51,235 bases of DNA from Octopus bimaculoides (GCF_001194135.2 NC_068988.1:54177981-54229215), one strand, 5' to 3'. Counted from the first letter of the stretch, positions 36,031 to 49,624 are shown. Translations and numbers: made by a program. The notes: a model not told the origin generated them from the sequence alone.

Positions 36031-36224
36031 CATCCATAAAACTAGACTATGATAACCTCAATATTCTATGACAAGTGTCTACCAGAATATGTTTCATTTT
36101 GGCACCTGTTACTTAATTTAACTTCCTATTTATCTGTCAGTTCTAAGTATGTCTACTCACCTGTGTAACATCTCTTTCCTTCTTTCTCTCTCTTTGTTTC
36201 TCTGTCTCTTTCTTTCTCCCACTT

Positions 36225-36268
<44 letters not shown>

Positions 36269-36385
36269 ATAGTTGTATAAATATGGTTGTGTGTTTGTAT
36301 CTAAACAAAAGGTATAGGATGTGTGAGTATATACACGTTTATATATGAGATTACATTCTTCTACCTATATGTATGTGAGTGCCTG

Positions 36386-36438
<53 letters not shown>

Positions 36439-37356
36439 TGTGTGTCTATGTGTCAGTGTGTATGTTAGTGTGTGCGTTTGCATGTGTGTTTGTATGTTGT
36501 TTAATATAAACAAGTGCAGTGTGGTGGCATTCACCTGTTCCTCTGACTCTCTGTGTTTCTAGATATGTGTATGCTTATAATGCTCTATAAATGTGTACAT
36601 TTCTGTCATGTGACCCACAACTATGTGAATTTTGTGTTTATAAGCAGTGTGTGCAATAAATATGTACACACACGTATGCACAGACCCCACATACATTCAA
36701 AACTATGTAAGTATATATATGTATACACACACATACATATGATGATATATATTTATGTATATATGTATATTTATATCTATATGTTTATTTATATATATAT
36801 GTATATTTATATATATGTGTGTGTATTTATATATATATAGGCATGCATGTATATATATGTGAGTGTGTGTGTTTATCCTAAGCTGATGATTCATCCCATT
36901 GCTACTCCAAGTTTGTTTCCTTGTGAATTCATTCAGGTAACAAGATCTACCTTCTTACCTGAAAAAAATGTACAAAAGGAGAAACTCAGAATATCAACAG
37001 AATTAAATGTCAGCTTTGAATGAATAATTAAACTCTACTATATATATTGAGTACTTCTTTCCAATTTCTACATTTAAAGATGTATGAATATATGTATGTG
37101 TAAGTTTTTCACACACACACACACACACACACATGTGAATCATGTCTTTAAAAGGGAAACTGGATGTACTGTAATAGCTTCATCTGACTGGTCATCAGTT
37201 GCATACCTATGATTTTTTTGCATATATCACCTGCAAGTTATGATTATTATGTAACTCTTGGCTCCCTGAAACAGATGTTGAGATAAGATATTACATTTCT
37301 TTTTGTATATTTTTTCTCTAGTTTTATTTTCTGTGTTTTTATTCTCCATATATATA

Positions 37357-38642
37357 TCAGGTCATCCCATAAGTTCTGTCCAGTTTTACCTTTTTTTAAA
37401 TTGAATGAAATTTAATAGTATTTTAGAATGTCTAATGGAATTAAAAATTATTTTTATGCATTTGTGTACATTTAAACTAATTAAATATTATTTTACAGAA
37501 TAATAGAATTAAAATTTCTTTGATTAAAAACCCTTTCTAACATGGAAGTATCCAAAGAGCATTTAAGGCACATAATGCTTTATGAGTACAAAAAGGAAAC
37601 TCTGCACCTGAAGCGACTCGAAACATACACTCAGTTTATGGGAAAGAATGCTCGAATGAAAGAACTTGCAGAAGATGGTTTGCAAAATTCAGAAGTGGAG
37701 ATTTCAGGCTTGAAGATGAAGATCGAACTGGACGTCCAGTTGAGTTAGATAATAAGCTCCTTGAGGCATTACTTGAAGAAAATCCTGAATTATCAGTTGA
37801 AAAACTGGCAATAAAGCTTAGTTCAAACCATACAGCTGTTCATCATCTTCAACAACTTGGAAAGGTTCCTAAACTTGGAAAATGGATGTCTCATGAATTG
37901 TCCAAAAGCAACCACAAATCCCGAGTTGACATCTGCTCTTCTCTCCATTCTCACAAACTCATTTCACCCTTTTTGGATAGACTTGTGATTGATGAGGGAA
38001 ACTGGATCTTCTATCAAAATGTTAAATGTTGTAAACAGTGGCTTGGTAAAAGTGAAAAAGCTCAACCATAACCGAGAAGGGAACTTCATGGAAAAAAAGG
38101 TTCTTCTCTCTATCTGGTGTGATTGCAAAGGAGTAATTCACTTTGATTTATTACCACCTAATGCAACAATCAATGCTGAAGTCTACTGCCAGCAATCAGA
38201 GTGTTTGAACCAAGCTTTGAAGAAAAAAAGACCCATTTTAGTGAACTGAAAAGGAGTGACGTTTCATCAGGACAATGCATGACCCCACACTGCAAAGATC
38301 ACATCAGAGAAGATCGAAGAGGTTGGTTGGGAAAAAATTCCTCATCCACCTTATTGTCCTGACCTTGTTCCTTCAGACTACCATTTGTTTCATAGTTCAC
38401 AGAATCATTTGGGGGACATAACTTTTGCAAGCCAGGAGGAGGTCGAAACTGACATTTCAGAGTTCTTCACTTTGAAACCAAAAGAGTTTTAAATTGATGA
38501 GATTCAAAAGCTTGTAAATAGATGGAAGGAAGTCATAGATAATTAGGGAAAGTACATTGATGATTAAATTTCAATTAAATATAACATTTGATCACTTGTT
38601 TTCTTTATTCAAAATTCGGACAGAACTTATGGGATAACCTGA
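37357..38642 (+). mobile_element. Full-length mariner element (1286 bp), inactive
   Basis: 25-bp TIRs TCAGGTCATCCCATAAGTTCTGTCC / GGACAGAACTTATGGGATAACCTGA (24/25), TA on both flanks, canonical mariner length. Confidence 0.97.
37542..38567 (+). pseudogene. Mariner transposase pseudogene (DD34D)
   Basis: MEVSKEHLRHIMLYEYKK...RTCRRWFAKFRSGDF...GRP...GKWMSHEL...DRLVIDEGNWIFY...KKVLLSIWCDCKGVIHFDLL...FHQDNA*PH...HPPYCPDLVPSDYHLF...GKYIDD*. There are 34 residues between the second and third Asp; several frameshifts and premature stops. Confidence 0.95.
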
Positions 38643-38696
38643 TAGATATCAAGCCTAATTGTATTTATCTACCTACTACCCCTCCTCTCTCTCTCC

Positions 38697-38742
<46 letters not shown>

Positions 38743-38780
38743 TATATTATAAGCATTGATAGGTAGATAGATAGATAGAT

Positions 38781-39249
38781 AGGTATTGACATGGTTGTGT
38801 GATTAAGAAGCTTGCTTTGCAATCATGCAGTTTCAGGTTCAGTCCCACTGCAAATCACCTTCATCAAGTGTCTTCTATAATAACTCCAGGCTGACAAATG
38901 ACTTATGAGTAAATATGGTGGGTGGAAGGGGTGTGGAAGCCTGTTGTACACACTCACACAGACACGCACACACACATGTACACATGCACACATTTATGCA
39001 TATGCATGCACACAAGCATACACATATGTATATATGGGGTGGGGTGCTTTGTGTTTCTTCCCTTACATATTGACACTTGTTGTTAGTTTGTTGACAACCC
39101 TGTAACTTAGCAATTCAGGCAAAGAGACTGATGAAATTAGTACTAGGCTTTAAAAAAAGCACTGTGGTTGGTTCATTTCACTAAAACCTTGAAGACAGTG
39201 CTGTAACATGGCCACAACCCAATAATCAAAACTGTCAAAAAGTAAAAGA
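38781..39249 (+). mobile_element. Family B SINE, diverged
   Basis: Colinear with 48334-48750 with an expanded internal (CA)n tract. A similar copy at about 32750-33270 is interrupted by a family C tail. Confidence 0.65.
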
Positions 39250-40859
39250 TTTTTAAATGCACATTCTCACACACACACACTCACACAAATTTAATCAAAT
39301 ACACATATATTCATATACACATATAATCATATATATATATATACACACACACACTCTGTGGAGTGGTTGGTGTTAGGAAAAGCATCCAGCCATAAAAAAA
39401 CCGTGCCAAAACAGACACAGAAGCATAGCAGAGGCTCCTGCTTGGCCAGCTCCTATCAAATCATCTAACCCATGCCAACATGGAAGGAGGACATTAAACG
39501 ATGATGATGATGATAATGATATATATATATATATATAATTAGATTGGAGCCTGGTGTAGCCATCCGGTTGCACCAGTCCTCAGTCAAATCGTCCAACCCA
39601 TGCTAGCATGGAAAGCGGACGTTAAACGATGATGATGATGATGATGATATATATTGTGTTTATTCCCAGTATATATGTGTATGTGTGTATATGTGTGTTT
39701 GTCTGTTTCTTGAACTAATATCAAATACCTTCCTACCCAGTGATCTTATATTTTAGGATGTTCTACATCTAATAAGGCGATTCCAACAGATCAACAAACG
39801 GTTTGCTAGAGATCTTGAAGTGCTAGTAAGTGGGTAGAGCAAGATTGTGTATTTCAGATATTTTTTGGGTTTTTTTCTTTTTACACTGTTAGGTGTTTTG
39901 TATCTTTTTGTTAATTTTCTGTTTTCAATTTTCTATTTCCCATCTTTTCTATTTTTGTTTTTAGACATTTTGTTAAAAATGTTTACAAAATGTGTTTTTT
40001 TTCTAATAAATTATCTTATATATATTTTCTTGTAATTTTTTTGGTTGGTTCATACTATTGGCTGTTTTTTTATGTTGTTGCTTTTAAAATTTTTTTTATC
40101 TAAACTTTCTTAGTTTTTTGGTGAAATCTTGATGGCACTGCCTAGATAGTGCACCATATGCTTATGATTGTTTATTAAACTCATTGAAATTTATGTATGT
40201 TTGCATATGTGCGTCCATCCCTTTGTACACCATACAAAGGCAGTAAACTCTCCTGGCAAGCAAAACAAGACAAAATTGTAAAGTGTTTGATTTACATTTA
40301 AGATATTAATTTTGTATTTTTGTTTTTAATTAACCAAATTGTTTCAGACTCAAATTAACAGCCTTAACAGAAATGTATTAATTCAAAGTATTCAGCACTT
40401 TATAGAAATAGCTTTATAATATATGCCCTGTTTCTCCAAATTTTTTTCTACAACTTCCTCCAGCAATCAACCTCTTTAGATCAGCTGAAAAATGAAGTAA
40501 AAATAAGGTGAAATAAATATCAGAGATGCTTTATCCCATGCAGAATCTGCAGGAGCTACTCTGAGCTTTGGCAAGCTCTTCTAGATCCATTGCAATCCTG
40601 GAAACCTTTCCGTATCATCTGGTATCTCAGGATCACAAGTGCTTTACCCATTAGCATGTACACTTCACCTATACCATCTTTTCTGACATACAAGTCAAAT
40701 TTTTCAGAGCAAAATTTACTGCCAGGTCAACTTATACAGCAGGACATCTTTGAAGGACCAAGACAACTTTAGAGCACCTTGGCCGAAGGTGCTGCGCAGT
40801 GGGATTGAACCCAAAACCATGTAGTTGCAAAGTGAGCTTCTTAAGCACACAGCCATCTT

Positions 40860-41225
40860 TTATCTTTTGTCTTTTACTTGTTTCGCCCATTAGATTGTGG
40901 CCATGCTGGAGCACCACCTTGAATTAGGTGAATGAATTAACCCCAGTACTTGTTTTTTAAGCCTGGTACTTATTCTATTGGTCTCTTTTGCTGAACTGCT
41001 ATGTTACATGGATGTAAACACACCATCATCGGTTGTCAAACAGTGGTGGGGGACAAATACAGACACAAACACACACACACACACACAAATACGATGGGTT
41101 TCTATCTGCCACATCCACTCACAAGGCTTTGGTCAGCCTAAGGCTAAAGTAGAAGACATTTGCCCAAGGTGCCATGCAGCAGGACTGAACCCGGAACCGT
41201 GTGGCTGGGAAGCAAGCTTCTCACC
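40860..41225 (-). mobile_element. Family B SINE
   Basis: Reverse complement of 48334-48750. An additional head-only copy lies at about 40775-40855. Confidence 0.8.
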
Positions 41226-41874
41226 AAACAGCCTTGGTAGTGCAGTAGGCAGTACATCAGTCTTATAATCCAAAGCTAACACAGCCATGTCAAATATATT
41301 TTCAGAATTTGTGCAGCTCCACTACATTTTAGAAGCATTATTGGGTCTTTACTTATACAAGCACAGTATACATAGATTAGGGGTTCCTAAGTCCATTGTA
41401 TCCCCGAGCGACCATCCATTAAGCCCATTCCTTGATATGGCACCGACTTGAAGCAATTGTCAATAGATTATTTTACTGTTATTGTCACACAGTCGACTTA
41501 TACTGAAACAGATTTGAAACTGTTCATCTCTGTTTTAGTTTGTGTTTTATGACATCCATAGGCCAGAACTTGGAATATCAATGTGTAAGAATGTATGTCA
41601 TTTATCACAGAGTGGAAAAAATACATGAATCGGCACGTGATTTTTCTGACTAATCAACACCAATTATAACTCTACAATCACACCATGGCTGTAGTTTATT
41701 TGAAGTTGTAGACAGATAAATGTACACTGTACATTCAGACACATCCAAACATACATATATATATATATATACATATATATAATATCATATGTGTGTGTAT
41801 ATATATAATGTGTGTAATATGCATTTATATGCATAAATACATACATACACATATATCTAAATTTGTAGATATCA

Positions 41875-42230
41875 GCCGCAGAAGTGGCTGCGTGGTAAGT
41901 AGCTTGCTTACCAACCACATGGTTCTGGGTTCAGTGTGACTGCATAGCACCTTGGGCAAGTGTCTTCTACTATAGCCTCGGGCCGACCAAAATCTTGTGA
42001 GTAGGTTTAGCAGATGGAAACTGAAAAAAGCCTGTCGTATATATGTTTGTGTGTGTGTGTTTGTGTTTCTGTGTTAGTCACCTCCACCATTGCTTGACAA
42101 CCGATGTTGTGTGTTTATTTCCCCGTAACTTAACGGTTTAGCAGAAGAGACCGTTAGAATAAGTACTAGGCTTACAAAGATTCTGTGCTCCAGCATGGCT
42201 GCAGTCAAATGACTGTAACAAATAAAAGAA
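41875..42230 (+). mobile_element. Family B SINE with internal deletion
   Basis: GCAGAAGTGGCTGCGTGGTAAGTAGCTTGCTTACCAACCACATGG head; tail TGCTCCAGCATGGCTGCAGTCAAATGACTG. Confidence 0.8.
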
Positions 42231-42257
42231 TTAAAGAATATCAATATATGTATGCAT

Positions 42258-42311
<54 letters not shown>

Positions 42312-44491
42312 GTGTGTGATAATAGGCATACATGCACATATGCACATATGCACTCACACATACACACACACACATTCAGATATTTGCATTCATAGATTAG
42401 CATAACTATGCAACCAAAAACATACATCCATGCATTCAATTACTTACTTACAGAGACACACATAGCAAGCAATTACTGGTACAGGAGAGTCACTGTTTAT
42501 AAACCCATTATTACTAAAACCTGAAGTAAATCAGACTAATCTGCATATGTAACACATTCTTGGTAGTTAGTTTGATTCATAAATTACTGATGAGTCAGCT
42601 GTAATTTGCTCCATTGATATATTACAGAATATATCTAAAGATTTTAACCACTACAGAATTGAAACTCATCTAGCTAATCTGTCTTTTGTCTGTACACAAA
42701 GACATTGTAGATAAAGACAAGGTATTTGTGCCTGTCTATACATGGCTAAACTCTATGGATATATTCTGTTATACACCCTCAGTTGATTCTGTGTTAGGTA
42801 ATATTTTGCTATAATAAGATGGTGAGCTTGCAGAATCATCAATGTGCTGGCCAAAATGCATTGCAGCATTTCAGCATTTCAGCCGTCTTTACTACAGTTT
42901 GAACTGAAATCCCATTGAGGTTGACTTTGCTTTCATCCTTTTAAGATTGATAAAATAAGTACCGGTTGAGCACTGAGGCTGAGGCAATTGACTTCCCCTC
43001 GCCACCAAAATTACTGGCCTTGTGCCAAAATTTGAAACCAATATGTGTAACTTCTATCAAATATGCTTTCGTTTGTTTTTGGTATACAAACGTATGAATG
43101 GTGTGGACAGAGGGCTTTTGTTATCAATCTTTTCAACAAGCAAGGCCACACTAGTAACTTTTCTTGTAAACTGTGTTGTCGTTTAAGTAATATTTTAAAG
43201 TTATACATATTTCATGCACAATATGGCATAGTTAAAAGAGCTGAAATAAATCTAAATGTTACAAAGCCAGTGTGAATTAAGAATATAAACACGTTATTTT
43301 TATACTGTTGATGTGTAGAAAAATGTAGGGAGTCTCCTGATGGACTGTTTCAGGGTTTGATAAGCCCTCCTCAGAGAAGATGTACCTAGATTCCTTTCCC
43401 AATCAACAGCATAAATCAGTTGTTATATAAAGCAGTCATGGATTAGGTTAGCAGCATGGTGAATGGCCTAATTTGCGTAGAATTGCTTTTGGTGGCATGT
43501 CATTAATTAGATAATATTTGTTTTAATGCGCAACAGAATATAAATCAGAAGAACTGAAATAAATTTAAGTGACATAGTGTGTCAGATATGAAATAACGAC
43601 GATGTACTGCTATGGTATTGTGAAGGGACATGGGTTTAGTGGTTAGAGTGTTGCACTCATGATTGCCAGATCATGACCTTGATTCCAAGACTTGGTGATG
43701 CACTGTGTTCTTGAATAAAACACTTCATTTCATGTTGCTTCAGTCCACTCAGCTGTAAAAGTGTACCCTTATGATGAACTGGCATTCCGTTCAGTGGGAA
43801 GAGTGTGGTTTCAGTTACTTATCCCCTATGGAAACCAAGTAACTGATCCTGAGAGTCTAGGACTCAAGGCAATACTTCTTACTAATATGGAACTAGTTGT
43901 TTAATGGATGTGAAAATGGCACACAAAAGAAATTATTTGCAAACAACTACTTCAAAATATCTATCTTCTGTACTCTGATTATGAATTTGGTTATGTTATT
44001 AAAAGTTTAAGTAATGATCTCTTTGAAAATATTATCTGCATGGTCAATCTATATAAGCAATGCAGTGAAAATATGCAAGACATTTTTAAAATTCAATGTG
44101 TAACTGTATATAGTTATTTTTCATATCTAAATTCCATTGAAAATTGATAGGGTCTTATTTACAAAATGAATTCAAAGAATTAAGAGAACAAAACCTACAT
44201 GCATGTCTAAATACATATACATATGCATATATGCATGCATACATACATAAATACATACATACATACATACATGTATGTGCATATATATATAATTTATATA
44301 TCATCATCATCATCATCATCGTTTAACGTCCGCTTTCCATGCTAGCATGGATTGGACGATTTGACTGAGGACTGGTGCAACCGGATGGCTACACCANNNN
44401 NNNNNNACTGGTGCAACCGGATGGCTACACCAGGCTCCAATCTAATTTGGCAGAGTTTCTACAGCTGGATGCCCTTCCTAACGCCAACCAC

Positions 44492-44522
<31 letters not shown>

Positions 44523-44734
44523 ATAATGTAAAGGCAGAAACATATACATCGCTAAAGTGACAAAGAGCACTAATCAGCACCAGCATTGCTAGAAATAAGT
44601 GTTAAAACAACTCAATAGGCACAAAAAGCACTATCTTAATGAGCTGACAATGCAGACATATATATATATATTTATATATGTATGTGTGAATATATCTTTA
44701 TACACACGCACACACACACACACATGCATTCTTT

Positions 44735-45032
44735 ATTTTTTTTATTCTTTTACTTGTTTCAGTCATTTGACCGTGGCCATGCTGGAGCACAGCCTTTAGT
44801 TGAGCAAATTGACCCAGGACTTATTCTTTGAAGCCTAGTACTTATTCTATCAGTCTGCTTTGCCAAACCGCTAAGTTACGGGAGTATAAACACACCAGCA
44901 TCAGTTGTCAAGCAATGTTGGTGGGGACAAACATACAAACACACATAGACACACATACACATACATATATGTATATATACGATGGGCTTCTTTCAGTTTC
45001 CGTCTACCAAATCCACTCATAAGGCTTTGGTT
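44735..45032 (-). mobile_element. Family B SINE lacking most of the tRNA head
   Basis: High similarity to the reverse complement of about 48445-48745. Confidence 0.8.
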
Positions 45033-46075
45033 GGCCCGATGATCTTGTTGAAGATTTGAACTAAGTATCACAAGGTTCAAAAACCTATCTAATGCTGAGC
45101 AAGCAATTGTTTTCTTGCTTTGAATAAGTGGCAAAAAATATATATATAATAGCTGAAGGATTCATTTGCCCCATTTATATGTATTTTTTCTTTTATAAAG
45201 AACTTCTACAAATTTCTGAAATTCCTTTTCCATGAAGATCTAATCATAAAAAAAACCCCCAAAAAACCTAAAACTTTTAACTACAGAATAACAGAAGTTG
45301 ATGGATAACAAGGGGTTCTAATATGGTAAGCAAGGTGTGCTGCCAGAGGAGATGGAAATTGTTAAAACTGGCCAGTTTTTGTTTTGTGTTTGTGTGGTGG
45401 TAGTGGTGGTGTGTAGTATTAAGTGTTTTTGTTTACATGTGTTTGTGTATATATGTATATGTATACATCTATAACTATATATGCAGATAGATAGATACAT
45501 ACATACATACATGCATACATACATACATACATACATACACATGCATACACACACACACTCACATGCACACACACACACACACATACACACACACACACAC
45601 TGGTATACTGACATATATGCATACATACAAATATACACACATGCACACAATATTCATACAATGCATGCACACTCATTTATATATGTGTATACATCCTTAC
45701 ATACCATGATAATGAAAAGAGAGAGAGAGAAACCGATAAAGAGATTATTCAAATAAACAAAGCCTACAAGGGGGAACACAGATGGAAGATGACTAATTCT
45801 TTATTTCAAGTTTATTCATGTGTTATACATATATGCGTGTGTGTGTGCTTTATACACACAAACACATACACTTCAGTAACATAAGTTCAGACTGATGTAG
45901 GGGTTTATATAAAACTCCGCCCTTGCCATGATAGCTTCATATGTTTTGAAATGTTTAATGCGTTTAATGACAAACTTTTGTAAATTACGTCTGATCTAAC
46001 TTTTGATATTACATTCTGGAATTATTTGCATGGCTGCCCCTTCTTTACTGTTTGGTTCCATTTGGTCCCATCCAG

Positions 46076-46122
46076 ACCCAGCCCCACCATACCATGTGTT
46101 AGCAATCAGCTATGTTATTCAG
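46076..46122 (+). CDS. Speculative 47-nt exon, (D)PAPPYHVLAISYVIQ in phase 1-0
   Basis: Long AG-free pyrimidine-rich stretch ending cccatccAG; donor TTCAG|GTACGT. No homology recognised. Confidence 0.2.
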
Positions 46123-46251
46123 GTACGTGGGTACGAGTGTGTCAGTTTATGATCACTGAGGAGAAGAATGCTACTTCAACAAAAAATTTTTTTGTTAATC
46201 TAAGGAATGAAAATTAAATGTAATAATAATTATATTTATAAAGACACAGGT

Positions 46252-46294
<43 letters not shown>

Positions 46295-46555
46295 TAAGCA
46301 CAATACAGTTATAGGGTAAGAGGACGTGGCAAAAACTGAATATGTACTAAAAACACACATCCGTATGTTTACCTTACATGTACACACATAACATATTTGT
46401 GTGTCTCTGTGTGTTTGTGTATACATATATCTATATATATAATATAATATAGGATAAATTCTTTATAAGAATTTATCAAGTAGTCAGCGTGTAAAAAACC
46501 TCATAATGAAAAAAATAATGAAAAAAATTCATCATTTTTTTCATAAATATATATA

Positions 46556-46948
46556 AAATCATTTATATAAAGGGCATTAACTGCGTAGTAATGCCTCACG
46601 CTTCGAGGGACTAAATAAGTCAAAAACTACCAAAAAATAAGCAACATATTTACTGAAAGCGAGGGAATGCAGCTTTCAAAATTTATCTCTTAAAAACATT
46701 TAACTTAACGGTAAACCACTGGTTTCTCAATCAAATACAGAAAAACTGTGAAGTAACCTGCATTCTTTTGTTCATCANNNNNNNNNNCGATGTAGCCACC
46801 ACAGCACGATGACTTCTGTTCATAATTATATATCCATGAAAGAGATTTCAGTAAATATGTTGCTTATTTTTTCGTAGTTTTTGACTTATATAGTCCCTCG
46901 AAGCGTGAGGCATTACTACACAGTTAATGCCCTTTATATAAATGATTT
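46556..46948. mobile_element. MITE or fold-back element with 103-bp TIRs
   Basis: 46556-46658 is the reverse complement of 46846-46948 at 100/103 positions. Flanks are TA-rich, so the TSD is ambiguous; there is a 10-N gap inside. Confidence 0.85.
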
Positions 46949-47054
46949 ATATCTATATATATATATAGAGAGAGAGATAGAAAGATAGATACATAGATAG
47001 ATACATACATACATACATACATACATACATACATACATACATACATACATACAT

Positions 47055-47086
<32 letters not shown>

Positions 47087-47102
47087 GAATATATATATGT
47101 GT

Positions 47103-47376
47103 GTGAGACTGGCTCTTGTGCGGGTGGCACATAATATACACCATTTTGAGTGTGGCCGTTGCCAGTACCACCTGACTGGCCTTCATGCGGGTGACACATA
47201 AAAGCACCTACTACACTCTCTGAGTGGTTGGCGTTAGGAAGGGCATCCAGCTGTAGAGACTCTGCCAAATCAGATTGGAGCCTGGTGTTGCCATCCGGTT
47301 TCACCAGTCCTCAGTCAAATCGTCCAACCCATGCTAGCATGGAAAGCGGACATTAAACGATGATGATAATGATGAT
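47103..47376 (+). mobile_element. Family C repeat, young copy
   Basis: Near-identical to 25914-26120 over about 190 bp and extends further 5'. Confidence 0.85.
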
Positions 47377-48153
47377 GAGGATATACTGATTTGTTTTGCG
47401 CCAAAACGAATCAGTTGTAATGCAGACTTCAACACGACGGGTTGGGGCTCTCTATCATAGTAATGCGTGCTGAGGAATGTAAGGGTATTATGCCAGTCCA
47501 AAAACTGGTCCACGTGAGTCCAAACTACCTGCATCAACTTGCTATAAATGCAGGTAATAATTTTACCTTGTACCTTATTCTTAGTGCAAGTATGTATGTA
47601 TGTATGTATGTATGTATGTATGTATGTATGTATGTATGTGAAAAGAAAGAACACAGTATTATCATTGTGAGAGATCTATAGAAATGGAATGCTAGTATGG
47701 TAGTTCACTTTTAGTAGGCAGCAGAAAGTGGTTCAAGCAGACTTAATTCGATATTTCAGGATGATTCCTTGTAAATTCATCAACAGTTATTCCATCACAG
47801 TGAAGTCAAATGGGTAAACAAGTGGAGACTTTGCCAAAAGTATGCAAGAGATATGGGAGATGTAAAAATCAGGATTTTATTTGGATCATCAGCATTACTA
47901 TCACAGATCAAGAATAATCCTTGATCTTATATTCTTGTAAATCTCTGAATCGCTTAATGATTTTCAATGGTCTTTGAAAGGGGTACCAGATGATGATTTC
48001 TTTCTTGATGAATAATGTTCACTTCAGTATACGAGCTGATGGAAGCTAAGTTAAAGTATTCAGAGAACTTCTGCAATGATAAGGGGAATGATACCTGGAG
48101 CTTGGGATAACTCTTTGCTCACATTTCTTTTGTTTTTTCTCTTCATATTACAG

Positions 48154-48186
48154 AATCAAGATGATTATGAGAAATCTCTCTTGTAA
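48154..48186 (+). CDS. Speculative terminal exon, NQDDYEKSLL*
   Basis: Strong acceptor tttcttttgttttttctcttcatattacAG followed by 10 codons and TAA. No other support. Confidence 0.18.
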   Translation, partial: NQDDYEKSLL

Positions 48187-48333
48187 CATCTTTCATTTTG
48201 TGTAATAAGTGGCCTTAGGCAACTTAACATTGCTAGTGGTTTCTGGAACCACTGTTTTCTTTTCTTTTCTTTTCTTTTCTTTCATTATATAATATTCAAT
48301 GTTGTGAGCCTCCATAATAATTGTTAGCATATA

Positions 48334-48750
48334 GGCGCAGGAGTGGCTGTGTGGTAAGTAGCTTGCTTACCAACCACATGGTTCCGGGTTCATTCCCACT
48401 GCATAGCACCTTGGGCAAGTGACTTCCACTATAGCCTCGGGCCGACCAAAGCCTTGTGAGTGGATTTGGTAGACAGAAACTGAAAGAAGCCTATCGTATA
48501 TATATATATGTATATATATATATATGTATGTCTGTGTGTGTATATGTTTGTGTTTGTCCCCCCAGCATCGCTTGACAACCGATATTGGTGTGTTTAGGTC
48601 CCCGTAACTTAGCGGTTTGTCAAAAGAGACCAATAGAATAAGTACTAGGCTTCCAAAGAATAAGTCCTGGGGTCGATTTGCTCGACTAAAAGGCAGTGCT
48701 CCAGCATGGCCGCAGTCAAATGACTGAAACAAGTAAAAGAGTAAAAGAGT
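48334..48750 (+). mobile_element. tRNA-headed SINE, family B, full-length reference copy
   Basis: GGCGCAGGAGTGGCTGTGTGGTAAG head (A-box-like), GGTTCATTCCC B-box-like, internal (TA)/(TG) tract and (AAAAGAGT)n tail. At least 12 full or partial copies in the window on both strands. Confidence 0.88.
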
Positions 48751-49624
48751 AAATGAATACAGTGAGGGAAACAGTGCATGTTTAAATACTCCCCAGTGCA
48801 TTATTTTGACCACGTTTTTTAACAGTCTTCCATTATTATCACAAATAGAACTAAACAATTAGTGTCTTCAAACCTGATTGGTTTTGTATGTTATATGACT
48901 GCTTTTAAGCCATGAAATGGACTTCTACCACTTTATCAAATTCCAAACTAAGAGAATCAGCACATGTTAGCTTTTCAACTTCTGCACATCACTTTTATTT
49001 TTTGGCTGATCAGTTGTGAACCACTTCAGGTGCAATTTGGTTTTGGTGCTTTCTGATAAAGAATGTAGCTATTGTTTGGACTTTCTGTTAGCAATAAACA
49101 GAGATAACATAACACTATTTCGTTTCCATAGTTGTTTCTTCAACTCGGCAAATCCTTATCAGTCAGAGAGTTATTCCTACCATTTCTTTGAATGTTTACT
49201 TATTGCAAACTTATGTTTTACTTAAACATATTTTTGCCAACATTAGGTATATATTTTCACTTGCAAGCGTTTCTTATTTATTTTGAACTTTGTCTTATTT
49301 TGAGACCATAGAACATGACAGTTGATTCAAATATCAATAAATCATTGTATTATTAGTTTATATTTCTTTGACTTATTTCTTTGAAAATATTAAAATTTTG
49401 ATGAATGTTATGCTTTTACTTTGACTAATATATTTACAATCAATTTGTTCTTTTGACCAATTTGTTTCTCTACAAATATGTTTTTCTACATTGATCTTTC
49501 AACCAATATTTTTGATTAATGTGGTTTTGACAAATGTCCCTAAATCTATATATATATGTGTGTGTTTATAAAACATAGTTGCCAGAATAAGAACAGGGTG
49601 GTAAGAGTTCAAGGAGTTATTACT

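Noticed and set aside
35046-36033. Mucin-like poly-Thr, poly-Pro and poly-His ORFs
   Set aside because: Trinucleotide low-complexity DNA with frame breaks and no flanking splice or domain evidence.
44371-44432. 26-bp direct repeat ACTGGTGCAACCGGATGGCTACACCA
   Set aside because: The copies sit directly either side of a 10-N gap, typical of an unmerged contig overlap.
45906-45922. TATA box plus GC box as a promoter
   Set aside because: TATA-like strings are ubiquitous here, the GC box lies on the atypical side, and there is no supporting transcript evidence.
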